64,000 nucleotides of DNA from Deinococcota bacterium. GTDB taxonomy: Bacteria; Deinococcota; Deinococci; Deinococcales; Thermaceae. Every line of letters starts with the position of its first letter. Position 1 is the first letter of the stretch. The position numbers and the translations under genes were made by a program. Under the pieces are notes generated by a model that saw only the letters and a program-made list of their open reading frames with translations, was not told the origin of the DNA and did no database searches. The DNA lies in assembly GCA_041695225.1 (NCBI GenBank), contig JBGFRI010000004.1, forward strand, positions 53,683 to 117,682, in the 5' to 3' direction. Of the stretch, positions 52,870 through 63,453 are shown piece by piece.

Positions 52870-53640
52870 TCCGTCTGCCCCCCTTACCAAGGGGGGAGGC
52901 CGCAGGCCGGGAGGATTTACTTTGCGAGCAACTGATCTGCCTTGCGAGGCTGTCCCTAGCTTTCGCCGTCATCGCGAGGAGGCCCCCAGGCCGACGAAGC
53001 AACAGACTGGGTGACGAAGTGGCCAAGGCTTGTCCTGAGCCTTGCCCTGAGCCCGTCGAAGGGGCAGTCGAAGGGATGGGGGTTATTAATCCATCCAGGA
53101 GAGGGTCGTAAGCCCATCAGCCGCTGGGGTGATCTGGATTGCTTCGCACCCTTCAGGTGCTCGCAATGACGAAAATGTACGTGCCTGTCGTCATTGAGAG
53201 GAGGACCTTGGCCGAAGAAGCACAAGATTGAGCAAGGGAGCGGCCGAAGTTTCGGGTGATTAATCCATAGACTAGGTAACGGAGTAGCCGGTGGTGGGGG
53301 TGATGAATCCATCCAGGATGGGCATACCCAATTTGACTGTCGGGATGCTCTGGACTGATTCCCATACGGCTGCGCCTCAGGGCCTGCCCTGAGCCTTTGG
53401 GCCGAGGCCCCTCAGGCCGAGGGCTTGTCGAAAGGGCCCGTCCGGAGTCTCGGCCTTGCTTGAATGGCCTCAGCCCGCAAGCTTGTCGAATGGGCCTGGC
53501 CTGAGTCTGCCAAAGGGTTGGCGAATGGGTCGCCACTGCGCAAGGCGCGTATGTCAAAGGAGTCGGGCAGTGGGTAAGCGCACTACTCAATCCCCCCAAC
53601 CCCCCTTGTTAAGGGGGGCCTAATCCCCCCATCCCCTCGG
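52870..53640. repeat. Cluster of REP-like repeats (families A and C)
   Basis: Family-A copy from 52966 with a second unit from 53189; gccctgagcc modules; cccccc..aagggggg hairpins. Confidence 0.8.
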
Positions 53641-53736
53641 CCTAGGCCCGCTTTCTTAATGCACGCAAGTCCGATAACAGCTTTACTGGTGCGGGGTATC
53701 TACTCAACCCACCTTCATTCTGAAGTGAAATTGATG

Positions 53737-54495
53737 TTACAAGGCCGGCCAGACCTGCACCTCTTGCCCGACGCCTATCTTGTGAAAGAACAAGGTATCG
53801 CCACAGAGCAGGAGTTGCGGTCCGAGGTTGCTTTTGGCCTCGGCGGCGAGCTGTACGGTGCGTTCTTCGGTGCGGATTTCGATCTGGCTGAAGGGACCGT
53901 AGTGATTGCGCCAGGCTCGCAGTAGCTGGGTATCTATGCGTGCTCCTGCGGAACCTTCCAGACGGCCCACCCTTAGGCGCACCGTGTGCGGGGTGCGGGC
54001 GTTAACCTGTACCAGACCCAGCCGGGCCAGTCGGCTTATGTTTCGGTTGACCAGATCGCTGGAAATTTCGCTGACGGCCGATAGGTCAAACAGGTTGATG
54101 GGTTTGCTCATATGCCTCAATAGCTCGAGCTCGTCGGGTGAGAGGGTGAGATGGGTGACGCGGCTGGCATCGGCGAGCTGCACCTGGTCAAAGGGGCTCA
54201 AGTCGAGTTGGGCGTCAATAAATCGGATGGCCTGGAGCAGGTAGTTGTCGAGGGGGCCTTCCAGGCTGGTCTGCTTGGCCTTCTCTGCGCTCAGATAGCG
54301 AAACTCACCCTCCTTTAGCGCCAGAATCTGGAATAGCCCGTCACTCCCTACTTTGCCTTTGTAGTGGGCGTGGACCGGCTGGCCCCGCTCTAAATACACC
54401 TCGCCGCCCGAAACCATGAACGCCCCCGTCTGCCTGGCTTGCGAGAGCAGTTGCAGGATTTCGATGGGGCCAAGAAGCTCGAATGTCCCATCCAT
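53737..54495 (-). CDS. DUF4388 (PATAN-like) domain protein
   Basis: EILQLL...TG...GEVYL..G..VHA...EG.F. Confidence 0.75.
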   Translation of the reverse strand: MDGTFELLGPIEILQLLSQARQTGAFMVSGGEVYLERGQPVHAHYKGKVGSDGLFQILALKEGEFRYLSAEKAKQTSLEGPLDNYLLQAIRFIDAQLDLSPFDQVQLADASRVTHLTLSPDELELLRHMSKPINLFDLSAVSEISSDLVNRNISRLARLGLVQVNARTPHTVRLRVGRLEGSAGARIDTQLLRAWRNHYGPFSQIEIRTEERTVQLAAEAKSNLGPQLLLCGDTLFFHKIGVGQEVQVWPAL

Positions 54496-54745
54496 AAAAT
54501 CGGACCGGGAAATGAAATAGTGCCGACTAACGCAGGCTACCCCGAGGTGGTTTTGAAGAGTATCCAGGAGGGTAGGAGGTAGCGTTGGGTAATAGCACCT
54601 TCTGGGTAGCCTACCCTACCAGTATAGGAGTTTTTGCGGGCAACGAGGGTAGATTTGACCAAAATGGCCCCTCCCGCCATCTCTGAACAACGTCGCTCCG
54701 CGGGGCGCGAGTGGGTAGTCCTCGAACCTGGGCGGATCTGGTGGC

Positions 54746-55198
54746 TTAACGGGGCAGGTAGGTTTCCAAAAACACTTCCAGTGCCTGGCCTAACATTCGG
54801 TACACGGCTTCAAAGCGCCCGAGGCTGCCGTAGTAAGGGTTGGGCACCTCGCCCCCGCCGCTCAAGTCCACCAACAGGCGGGACCTTTCACGGTGCTGGG
54901 AAATTTTCGTTCCAGGGTTTGCAGATTTTATATGTCCAAGACAAATACGTGCTCAAGGTCGGTCAAATCTTGGGCGCGAACCTGGCCAGCGGTGTGGGCG
55001 AAACCCGCGCCATATCTGGTCACTACTTGCACGGTGCGGGGGTCGGCTGGGTCACCTTCGTGGCAGCCGCCAGTTGAACACGAAATCCACCTCGAGCTGC
55101 CCTTCCAGGCCGCGCTCGTGTAGCTTGCGGCGCAGAATGCCCTCGGCCATGGGGCTGCGGCAGATGTTGCCCATGCAGATGAGGAGCACCCGGGTCAT
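54746..55198 (-). pseudogene. Low-molecular-weight protein-tyrosine phosphatase, frameshifted
   Basis: MTRVLLICMGNICRSPMAEG; frameshift after LEVD, an internal stop, and VPNPYYG in another frame. Confidence 0.85.
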
Positions 55199-56787
55199 AG
55201 CCGAATAACAACCCCCTCGTTGGGCCGTAGTTCCAGCTGGCCTTTCACGCTGCCGTAACGATCTAGATGTGTCGAAAGCAGTATTTCCCCACCCAGAAGC
55301 GAGAGTGTTTTGGGCTGGTCGCTGAAGTTGAGCGCCACCAGCGCTTCACTGCCGCGCAGATAGGCGAAAACGCCCTCGGGAGCCTTGTAGGCCTGGTAGC
55401 CGCCCTCCAGCAGCGTCGGTGTTCCCTTGCGCACAACCAGCAGGGTTCGTACCAGGGTCAGCATGGACTCCGGGTCGGCGTCCTGGGCCTCGACATTGCG
55501 CTCGATGTAGTCCGCCGTCACGGGTAGCCAGGGCTCGCGGGTGCTGAAACCGGCGTAGGCGTGGGGCGTCCACTGCATGGGGGTGCGCTCGGGGTCGCGG
55601 CCGGGGTCAAGGCCGTGCTCACCCGCACTGCCTTTTTGCCGCAGCGCGGCAGGATCCTGGACCTTGTCTGGCGGAATAATCCCGTCCACCATCCCGATCT
55701 CGTCGCCGTAGTACCAGGTTGGCGAGCCGCGCAGCGTAAAGAGCATCATGGCGGCTACCCTGGCCTGGGTGTGCCCGATGCGGGTGGCCAGGCGGTGCTG
55801 GTCGTGGTTGCCCAGCACCCAGTTTGGCGTGGTAAAAGGCTGCAGGCTGGCCTCGTACTCCTCGACGATAGCCCGGATGTTTTCGGCGCTCCAGTTGGCG
55901 AGGCCCCGGAAAATCAGGTGAAAGTTGAAGGGCAGGTGGCAGCCGGGTTTTTCTAAGGTGCCGTAGTAGGGCATAAGCTGGTGGTAGGGCAGATATATCT
56001 CCCCCACCATCACCCGGTGCCCGGGATACTCGTCCAACACTGAGCGCATCGCCTGCACAATCTCGCGGGTCTCGGGCTGGTCTTCCTGGTAGATATGAAT
56101 ATGTCGGAAGCGGTCTATCTGGCCGGGTTTGTAATGGGGGTTTTCGGGCTCGTCGCGGAACAGGTTATCCTCCACCAGCAGCCAGAGCACATCAATGCGG
56201 AAGCCGTCTACCCCCTTATCCAGCCAGAAGCGCATCACCTCGTACATGCCCGAGCGCACTTCGGGGTTGCGCCAGTTTAGGTCGGGCTGCTCTGGCAAAA
56301 ACTGGTGCAGGTAGTACTGTCCGGTTTTTGCATCCAGTGTCCAGGCAGGCCCGCCAAAGTAGGCTTGCCAGTTGTTGGGCGGGCCGCCGCCAGGTGCCGG
56401 GTCGCGCCATACATACCAGTCGCGCCTGGGGTTGTCGCGAGACGACCTCGACTCCTTAAACCAGGGGTGCTGGTCGGAGGTGTGGTTGGGCACCAGGTCA
56501 ATAATCATCTTCATGCCCAGCCGGTGGGTGTCTTCCAGCAGTTGGTCAAAGTCCTTTAGGGTGCCGAAGATGGGGTCTACCGAGCAGTAGTCGGCCACGT
56601 CGTAGCCGAAGTCCTTCATGGGCGATTTGTAGAAGGGCGAGAGCCAGATACAGTCGAAGCCCAGGTCGCGGATGTATTGCAGGCGGCTCTGGATGCCCGG
56701 CAAATCTCCGATGCCGTCGCCGTTTGAGTCCTGAAAGCTGCGGGGGTAAATTTGGTAGATGGTCGCAGTTTTCCACCATTCGCTCAT
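55195..56787 (-). CDS. GH13 alpha-glucosidase
   Basis: YQIYPRSFQDSNGDGIGDL, DLVPNH, DGFRID, GNHD. Confidence 0.93.
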   Translation of the reverse strand: MSEWWKTATIYQIYPRSFQDSNGDGIGDLPGIQSRLQYIRDLGFDCIWLSPFYKSPMKDFGYDVADYCSVDPIFGTLKDFDQLLEDTHRLGMKMIIDLVPNHTSDQHPWFKESRSSRDNPRRDWYVWRDPAPGGGPPNNWQAYFGGPAWTLDAKTGQYYLHQFLPEQPDLNWRNPEVRSGMYEVMRFWLDKGVDGFRIDVLWLLVEDNLFRDEPENPHYKPGQIDRFRHIHIYQEDQPETREIVQAMRSVLDEYPGHRVMVGEIYLPYHQLMPYYGTLEKPGCHLPFNFHLIFRGLANWSAENIRAIVEEYEASLQPFTTPNWVLGNHDQHRLATRIGHTQARVAAMMLFTLRGSPTWYYGDEIGMVDGIIPPDKVQDPAALRQKGSAGEHGLDPGRDPERTPMQWTPHAYAGFSTREPWLPVTADYIERNVEAQDADPESMLTLVRTLLVVRKGTPTLLEGGYQAYKAPEGVFAYLRGSEALVALNFSDQPKTLSLLGGEILLSTHLDRYGSVKGQLELRPNEGVVIRL

Positions 56788-57114
56788 AGCTCTCCTAGCC
56801 TACATTCGGTCCGGGCCGGCCTGCAGGCAGCACTTTTAGCGGGCTGTTTGTGCTGCAAGTGTGCCTAGATGGCGAATTAGACCCTACCCTTTGCTTGCGG
56901 ATTGACCTGATCCCGACTGGTGAGGCTTCCCGCCATTACAACTGTGGCAAGCAGCCCGGGCTAATCCAGCAGCTCATATGGCCTAGAATATAGCCCAGGT
57001 ATAGGGCTGCGGTTTTCCGGCCCGGCCTGGATCGCTTAGAAAAGGAGTCTGATTGAAACGTCGTTCGGTCGGTATGTCTGAACCTGGCCTGCCCAGCCGC
57101 AGCGGGGGGCTGCT

Positions 57115-58395
57115 GTGATTGACCCCTATGCTGTGGTGAGTGAGGCGGATCGGCTGGCTGCGCAGAGTCTGTGGCCAGGGTTCAGCCCGCAAACCACCCC
57201 AATAGCCATTTACGACGGCGGGCGCACGCTGCTCTTCCGCCATCCTGCGCCGCCGCAGGAGTTCCATCACGTACCAGGTGGCGAGGGTGTGTGGGCTTTT
57301 ACCGGGCGTCATCCAAGCGTAGTGGCCAATAGCTGCGCGGAACTGGGCATGGTCCGAACGGTCACCCTGTTACTGCCCAGCACCAGGGCTCCGTTGCGAA
57401 CACTTGCGGGTCTGCTGATCCACGAGGCCTTTCACGTTTTCCAGCAAGAGCGCCACCCCGGATGGAGCGCTAACGAAGCAGAGCTCTTTACCTACCCGGT
57501 AGACGACGCCCAACTGCTTGCACTGCGGCGCCTAGAGACAGAGGCACTGCGCCGTGCCCTGCTGTCCAGCACACGGGATCAGGCTCTTGGCTGGGCTCGA
57601 GCCTCCCTGGAACTGCGAAAGGAGCGCTTCGGCATACTTTCGCAGGGTTTGGCTATGTATGAACGCCAGATCGAGCTGTTCGAAGGCCTTGCCTCCTATG
57701 TGGAACATATGGCAAAAGGAGAGCCGGACAGCGCCATACTGCCGGAGGAAGAGTTTGCACCCGAGGCAGTCCGGCTGAGAGCATACCGGACCGGCCTGGC
57801 CCTTGCACGGCTTTTAGATAAGTTCTCGAGCACCTGGCAGACAGACCTCGAGCAAAACGATTTGACCTCACTGGACCTTCTGCTTGACCAGGCACTGGCA
57901 ACTCGTACATACGATGCTCCGACCTGTGTCTTCACACCAGAAGAGCTCGCTCGCACCCATGCTGAGGCCGCCAAAGACATCGAAACTTTGCGCGAGCGAC
58001 GGGCCGAACTGCGGCAGTTATTTTTTGAACAGCCAGGCTGGCGGCTGGTCTTTCTGGCCCCTGACACACCACTCTTCCCGCAAGGCTTTGATCCCCTCAA
58101 CGTACAGATCGTAGCCCCTAATGACGTATTGCATAAGCGTTTCCTCCGGCTGGGCAGCCAGGCCGGCAGGATTGAGGTGTTTGGGCGGGCTGCGCTCACA
58201 CAGGCCGCTGGTGAACACCCGCTCTTCACTGGTGTAAGCGTACTTACTGTCACTGGGCTAGCAGACCAGCCAGTGATCACCTGGGCAGATAACCTGGTCA
58301 CACTAAAGGCAGATGGAGTAACGGCGGAGGTACGCGCTTTGGCAGTAGAGACCACCTGGCAGACCGTGACCGTTCGTCTCGAGCCGGGGCAGTGA
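57115..58395 (+). CDS. Hypothetical zincin-like metalloprotease
   Basis: HEAFH (HExxH) plus downstream EGLASYVE. Confidence 0.55.
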   Translation: MIDPYAVVSEADRLAAQSLWPGFSPQTTPIAIYDGGRTLLFRHPAPPQEFHHVPGGEGVWAFTGRHPSVVANSCAELGMVRTVTLLLPSTRAPLRTLAGLLIHEAFHVFQQERHPGWSANEAELFTYPVDDAQLLALRRLETEALRRALLSSTRDQALGWARASLELRKERFGILSQGLAMYERQIELFEGLASYVEHMAKGEPDSAILPEEEFAPEAVRLRAYRTGLALARLLDKFSSTWQTDLEQNDLTSLDLLLDQALATRTYDAPTCVFTPEELARTHAEAAKDIETLRERRAELRQLFFEQPGWRLVFLAPDTPLFPQGFDPLNVQIVAPNDVLHKRFLRLGSQAGRIEVFGRAALTQAAGEHPLFTGVSVLTVTGLADQPVITWADNLVTLKADGVTAEVRALAVETTWQTVTVRLEPGQ

Positions 58396-59040
58396 TGGCA
58401 AGTTAACTGGCTTTAGGTACTTGCTCCATCAACAAAACCTTTCAAAGCCTTAGATCAAGCCGAATACAGGATGCGGGTGTACCTTTGCGTCTGACATTTC
58501 AGGCCAACGGCACTGCTAGGCTGGGTCTGAAACCGGGGCATTACCGTCACAGGGCTGGATGAGGCCCTCAGCCGAAAGGGGTCCCCTGGGCAAGGCCCGC
58601 TCGCCTCTTCGGCCTTGCCCCAGCTCATCCTGGGCCGTTCAGTCGGCAGTTGTCGTTCTTGTAGGCGGGGCTGCGAGCACATACTCGTTTATCACTCCCA
58701 GTTAGTCGCCCACCTAAGAAAGCCGAATGCCCTTCCCGTAGCCGAGCAAAACCTTTGGGGCCACTACAATGCGCTCGATAGCTACATTGGCCAGAGGGGT
58801 TGCTCTATTCCAAAGCTGGTTTGAACCCGGCTAGGCTAGCCACATCTGCAAGCAGCAGGCCAAAGCGGTAAGGACGGGCGTAAGACAGCAGGCGACGCCT
58901 GTGCTCGAAATCTGTTTCTGGTGGCCTGAATTGGCTTGCAAAGATCGCTGCCAGTCTGCCCGGGGGTCTCTTATCGCCAGTCTGTACCAGGCACGAATGG
59001 CCCAACAGATCACCAGATCGTTTTACAATGATAGCGGACC

Positions 59041-59499
59041 ATGAGCCTCCTGGAAGAGCTATACAAGGAAATTATCCTGCGCCACTATAAGTCGCCGCAA
59101 AACTACGGCGAGTTGCCCGCTGCCAACCTGCGGGTGATGGGCGACAACCCCTCCTGTGGCGATCAGATTGAGCTGATGGTCCTGACCGATGGGGACCGGA
59201 TTACGGACCTGCGCTTCCGTGGTCAGGGCTGCGCCATCTCGCAAGCCTCGGCCTCGCTGATGACCGGTTTGATCAGGGGCAAGAGCTGGGCCGAGGCGCT
59301 GGCCCTGGAGCAGCAGTTCAAGGCCATGGTCGTGGATGGGGTTTCACCAGCCCCCGAGCTTGGTGACCTGGCAGCCCTGGCCGGGGTACACAAACTGCCC
59401 GCCCGGGTTAAGTGTGCCACCCTGGCCTGGAACGCTCTGGAGCAGGCTGCCCACGAACATAGACTGGACAATGGCATGGCCGGGGATGGGAGTAACTAA
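59041..59499 (+). CDS. sufU: SUF system NifU-like protein
   Basis: NPSCGD, GCAISQASAS, RVKCA. Confidence 0.9.
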   Translation: MSLLEELYKEIILRHYKSPQNYGELPAANLRVMGDNPSCGDQIELMVLTDGDRITDLRFRGQGCAISQASASLMTGLIRGKSWAEALALEQQFKAMVVDGVSPAPELGDLAALAGVHKLPARVKCATLAWNALEQAAHEHRLDNGMAGDGSN

Positions 59500-59549
59500 T
59501 CCAGACTGCTCCGGCGCGGGAGTCTGGAACCTGAGACTGGTCTGACCAA

Positions 59550-60578
59550 CTAGCAGGCCAGGCTGGCAAAGTCGGTGAAGTCGGCGCGGAAGCCACCCGG
59601 TATGCCCCGGGCAATTACCGAAACAGCATCGTGAGAGTGCAGGCTCTCCTGGTGCGAACAGGCCACCTGAAAGTCACGGATGCGTTTATCGGATACTAGC
59701 TGCTCGTAAACCAGACGGGCAGCGTCTTCCACAAACTTCACATAGGCCCCGTTAAGCTCGGCAAAGGCCTGTTCATCTTCTCGTTTGACCATGACCTGGG
59801 TCTCGGTCTTAAGGGCCAGCCGGGCATGCTGGATCAGGTCTTCCAGGTGCAGCACAGTGTCGGGGGCTACCTCTACTTTGATGCGGGCCTTAGAGCGCTG
59901 GCTGTGGGGGATGGCGTAGGCCTGCCGGGTCTCGCTGGCGTGCTCGGCCAGCTCGGCCGAGCAGGGACAGGCTGAAGAATATACGAAATCGAGTTCGACG
60001 TAACGTCGAACCAGGCCATTACCTTCGCAGACGGCCTCGTAGCTGCCACTATAAAACTGATAGCCTTCCAGCCCCGAGCGCAGCGAAGGCACCAGGGCGG
60101 GATAGCTGAAAGCAACCTTGAGGCGGGCGCTCAGGCTGCCCAATTCACGCTGGTAGTCCTGCACTATATTACCCAGGGTATCGAGGTTGAAGACCTCTTC
60201 CTTTCGGGCGTAGAAAGTGCGCATGATGCGGCTCATGTTGATGCCCTTGAGGTTGGCCTGCAGCGAGACGGTGCCAGTGATTCTGGCCTCGAGGGTCAGG
60301 GCCTCCCCCCCGGGGGAGGCAAACCGCAGTGGCAGCCTGAAGCCCGAGATGCCTACCTGCTGGATGGCGACATTGGCGCCCTCCACCGAGTCTACGGTCT
60401 CGGTCATATCGGGCAGAGTGCCTTTGTAGGCCGCATCGGGGCGGAAATCGGCATCGTAGTGGCGGCTGATGACGGGTTCTGCGCCGGAGATGTTGGGAAA
60501 CAGATAGGCCTTCTTGATGCCGTTTTTGTCTTCTTTGGGAAGGGGTATTTCGAGGATTTGCTTGTTGTACGTAAGCAA
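59550..60578 (-). CDS. folE2: GTP cyclohydrolase IB
   Basis: [41 protein letters not shown] before TTG. Confidence 0.92.
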   Translation of the reverse strand: MLTYNKQILEIPLPKEDKNGIKKAYLFPNISGAEPVISRHYDADFRPDAAYKGTLPDMTETVDSVEGANVAIQQVGISGFRLPLRFASPGGEALTLEARITGTVSLQANLKGINMSRIMRTFYARKEEVFNLDTLGNIVQDYQRELGSLSARLKVAFSYPALVPSLRSGLEGYQFYSGSYEAVCEGNGLVRRYVELDFVYSSACPCSAELAEHASETRQAYAIPHSQRSKARIKVEVAPDTVLHLEDLIQHARLALKTETQVMVKREDEQAFAELNGAYVKFVEDAARLVYEQLVSDKRIRDFQVACSHQESLHSHDAVSVIARGIPGGFRADFTDFASLAC

Positions 60579-60839
60579 GGGTAGTCTCCTTTTCGTCAGC
60601 AACCTCGAGGAGTCTGACGGTTACCAAGTGCGAAGGGAACGCTCTATCGCAGCCCCCGAACCACCTCCCTCCGGCCTGGCTCAGGAACTTAAGCAGTCTA
60701 AACCAACTGCGGGTTTTAGCATGCCATCTTATACAAAAACTGAACGTAAGCCAGAGGCATGTTTTCGTGAGATGTACAGGACCTGGTTATTACCCATTCA
60801 GGGAAAAATACGTGTAGAGCAGTCGTAAGGGCTTGTATT

Positions 60840-61553
60840 TTACAGATTCCATCCCCCCGATACTTCTACAATCTGCCCGGTAATATAGCCATTGGCTTCG
60901 TCCACAAAGAACAAAACCGCTGAAGCCAGTTCCTCAAGCCGCGCCAGGCGGCCCATGGGAACCTCGTCTACCGGTTTGGAGACGGAGTTTTCGGTCACAC
61001 CGGGCGAGACCACGTTTACCGTTACCCCTGTGCCGGTCACCTGCCTGGCCAGCGATTTGCTGTAAATAATCAACCCAGTTTTAGCGATCACATACGGAGT
61101 TATACCCGAGCGTGCCAGCAAATTGTGAGCGCCAGCAAAACCAATATTGACCACCCGCCCATACCCGGTTTTGCGCAAATAGGGGAGAGCAGCCTGGGTC
61201 AGGTAAAAAGGCGCATTGAGGTTGGAGTCCAGCATCCAGTGCCATTCCTCGGGGGTGGTCTGGTCAATGGGCTTCTTCAAGTAGTCCCCCACGTTGTTGA
61301 CTAAAACTTGCAGGCCCCCCAGCTGCTCTGCCACCGCCTGGATCAGGTTCTGTGCCTGGTGTACCTGGGTAACGTCGGCCGCAAACCGGATGGCCCGGAC
61401 TCCCAGCTTTAAGGCCTCGAGGCGGGTCTGCTCAGCTTCTGTCTCGCTATGGCGATAATGCACCGCCACATCAAAACCCTTCTCGGCCAGGGCCAGCAGA
61501 ATGGCCCGCCCGATACCCCTGGCGGAGCCGGTCACCAGCGCCACGCGGCTCAT
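60840..61553 (-). CDS. SDR oxidoreductase, FolM/pteridine-reductase-like
   Basis: TGSARGIG, VHYRHS, YVIAK; folate-gene neighbourhood. Confidence 0.8.
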   Translation of the reverse strand: MSRVALVTGSARGIGRAILLALAEKGFDVAVHYRHSETEAEQTRLEALKLGVRAIRFAADVTQVHQAQNLIQAVAEQLGGLQVLVNNVGDYLKKPIDQTTPEEWHWMLDSNLNAPFYLTQAALPYLRKTGYGRVVNIGFAGAHNLLARSGITPYVIAKTGLIIYSKSLARQVTGTGVTVNVVSPGVTENSVSKPVDEVPMGRLARLEELASAVLFFVDEANGYITGQIVEVSGGWNL

Positions 61554-61972
61554 TCGCCTCCTGAGGCTGAGGCAAGGTACCCCTCGATCAGTGTGCGGGT
61601 GATGTTGTTCAGGGGATAGTCCAGGGCTTCCTCTGGCAAAACCCAGGCCCACTCGGCAATTTCTTCGTTGGGGGTAATGGCTTCGCCCTGGCTGTCGGCA
61701 AAGTAGTTGATGAACAAAAAATGCACGGGCCGTTGAAACTGAGGGTCGAACCTGCCCTCCAAAAGCATTGCGTACCGAATATTTGTAAGCTCGAGCCCCA
61801 CCTCTTCTCTAAACTCGCGCTTCAGCGCGGCTTCCAGTGCTTCACCCCACTCAATCTTGCCCCCCGGCACGCCCCACCAGCCCCGCCACTTGGTGTGTTT
61901 GATAATCAGCACCCGGCCCGAGGGGCCCCGTACCAGTGCGCCGACCGTGGGGATGGGGTGTCTGGGCTCCAT
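61550..61972 (-). CDS. NUDIX hydrolase
   Basis: PGGKIEWGE...ALKREFREEVG Nudix box. Confidence 0.92.
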   Translation of the reverse strand: MEPRHPIPTVGALVRGPSGRVLIIKHTKWRGWWGVPGGKIEWGEALEAALKREFREEVGLELTNIRYAMLLEGRFDPQFQRPVHFLFINYFADSQGEAITPNEEIAEWAWVLPEEALDYPLNNITRTLIEGYLASASGGE

Positions 61973-62019
61973 ACCAGGTTAGCTTACCCGAGTGTGGCTC
62001 ACAGGGCCATGTCACAGCT

Positions 62020-62140
62020 GGTCGAAGGTCTGAAGGCAAAGGTCGAAGGCCAAACATGCGCTAACGCGCATGGTCGAAGGTCGAAAGACAAAGGTCGAGG
62101 GCCAGAACGCGAGACCGTGGCAGACCTTAGACCTTGGACT
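62020..62140. repeat. Heptamer-repeat block, near-duplicate of 63042-63130
   Basis: gcgctaacgcgc.tggtcgaaggtc..aagacaaaggtcga.ggccagaacg.gag...cagaccttagacctt. Confidence 0.8.
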
Positions 62141-62864
62141 AATTCTTCAACTCTTTATAGACCGCATAGACCCGCCCGCCTCTGGGGTAGGCCTCGAGGT
62201 TATACCAGACTGCGTGGTTGGGCAGGGTGGTTCTGGTCTTCTGGGGCAGGCCGGTCTCGAACGCAACCACCAGCGGGTCGTTGCGGCGAAAGCCAGTGCC
62301 CCGACTGACGCGGTTGACAATGAGGGGGTGCTTGGCGCTGAAATAGACCCGCAAGGGTTTACTGCCCGCCATCAAGACAATCGAAGGGGTGGGGCCGCGT
62401 TCGGCCAGCGCGATGATAACCACTTCCTCTGAAACCTGGTGCAACTCGGCCAACTCTGGCACCAGCCTGGGGTTCTGGCCTTTCTGGGCCAGGGCAGCGT
62501 CCACCATCTCGCCGGGAAGCAGCATTTCGGCGGCCCCCAGGTTGCACAGGGCCTCGAGCTGGCGCTCTAGCTCGGCGCCCTGGTAGGCATCGTGCAGGTC
62601 GGATAGCAGGTCGTCGTCCTGCTGGATCAGGAAGTGCATCACCTCGTGGGCCAGGGTAAAGCGGGCGCGCTTTGGGCTAGAGTCCTGATCAATGAGAATA
62701 TGCCTTTGTTTCGGCTCAAAGGCCCCAAACTTGCCCTCGGGTAGCCGGCCATAGGACAGACTTGCTCCAATGCCCCCGGCCAGACGTTCGGGCGTGAGGG
62801 GTGCGTGGGCCTTGCGGTAATCCTGGGCCAGTTCGATCACCTTGGGTCTCAAACGCATACGCAC
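62139..62864 (-). CDS. irrE: IrrE/PprI (ImmA-family) metalloprotease
   Basis: RFTLAHEVMH, LEALCNLGAAEML.P, HTH-like middle, GAF-like C-terminus. Confidence 0.75.
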   Translation of the reverse strand: MRMRLRPKVIELAQDYRKAHAPLTPERLAGGIGASLSYGRLPEGKFGAFEPKQRHILIDQDSSPKRARFTLAHEVMHFLIQQDDDLLSDLHDAYQGAELERQLEALCNLGAAEMLLPGEMVDAALAQKGQNPRLVPELAELHQVSEEVVIIALAERGPTPSIVLMAGSKPLRVYFSAKHPLIVNRVSRGTGFRRNDPLVVAFETGLPQKTRTTLPNHAVWYNLEAYPRGGRVYAVYKELKN

Positions 62865-62950
62865 TACCGTCCATTGTGCACCGGTAAATCATACGCACAA
62901 ACCCCACTTGATTGCCACAAAAATCGAAATGGCACTTATGGAACGGACCA

Positions 62951-63410
62951 CTAGTGGGTATTGAGAAATTACCATGACACCCACCCTTTTATGAAGCGTC
63001 TCAAGTCTCAGGTCTTTTTGGCTTGCGACCTGCGAAACAGGCGCTAACGCGCCTGGTCGAAGGTCTGAAGACAAAGGTCGAAGGCCAGAACGTGAGGCCG
63101 TCGCAGACCTTAGACCTTAGACCTTAGACTTGCGACGATAGGAGCACTTGACCTGCGACCTGCGGCGTCTTTTATGAAGCGTCAGCCCCGCTTCATGCTC
63201 CGGGGTCCTTCGGGACGGATGGGCAACTCCTGAGGAGAATTTTCAATTGAGACCCCAGCTGAGAAGGCGGCACTCCGGGCCCCCTCTCCAAGCTTGGGAG
63301 AGGGTTGGGTGAGGGTTGAATGACGCCAAAGACGCCATGGTTCGCTCCGCTTACCCCCCTCACCCAGCCTCTCCCACCAGGGGAGAGGAGATTTCTCGAA
63401 CACCCACTAA
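62951..63410. mobile_element. MITE-like element, family D, with a nested heptamer element
   Basis: TIRs ctagtgggtattgagaaat / atttctcgaacacccactaa; right part matches 50690-50820. Confidence 0.7.
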
Positions 63411-63453
63411 GCGATTCCAGGGCTGTACAACACATCTGGCGGTTGCAGTTTGG

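Noticed and set aside
57040..58470. 426-aa gene as a cassette, or phase variation at the G6 tract (57104-57109)
   Set aside because: No matching R'' or attC; a G6 run is common at this GC content and may simply act as the SD
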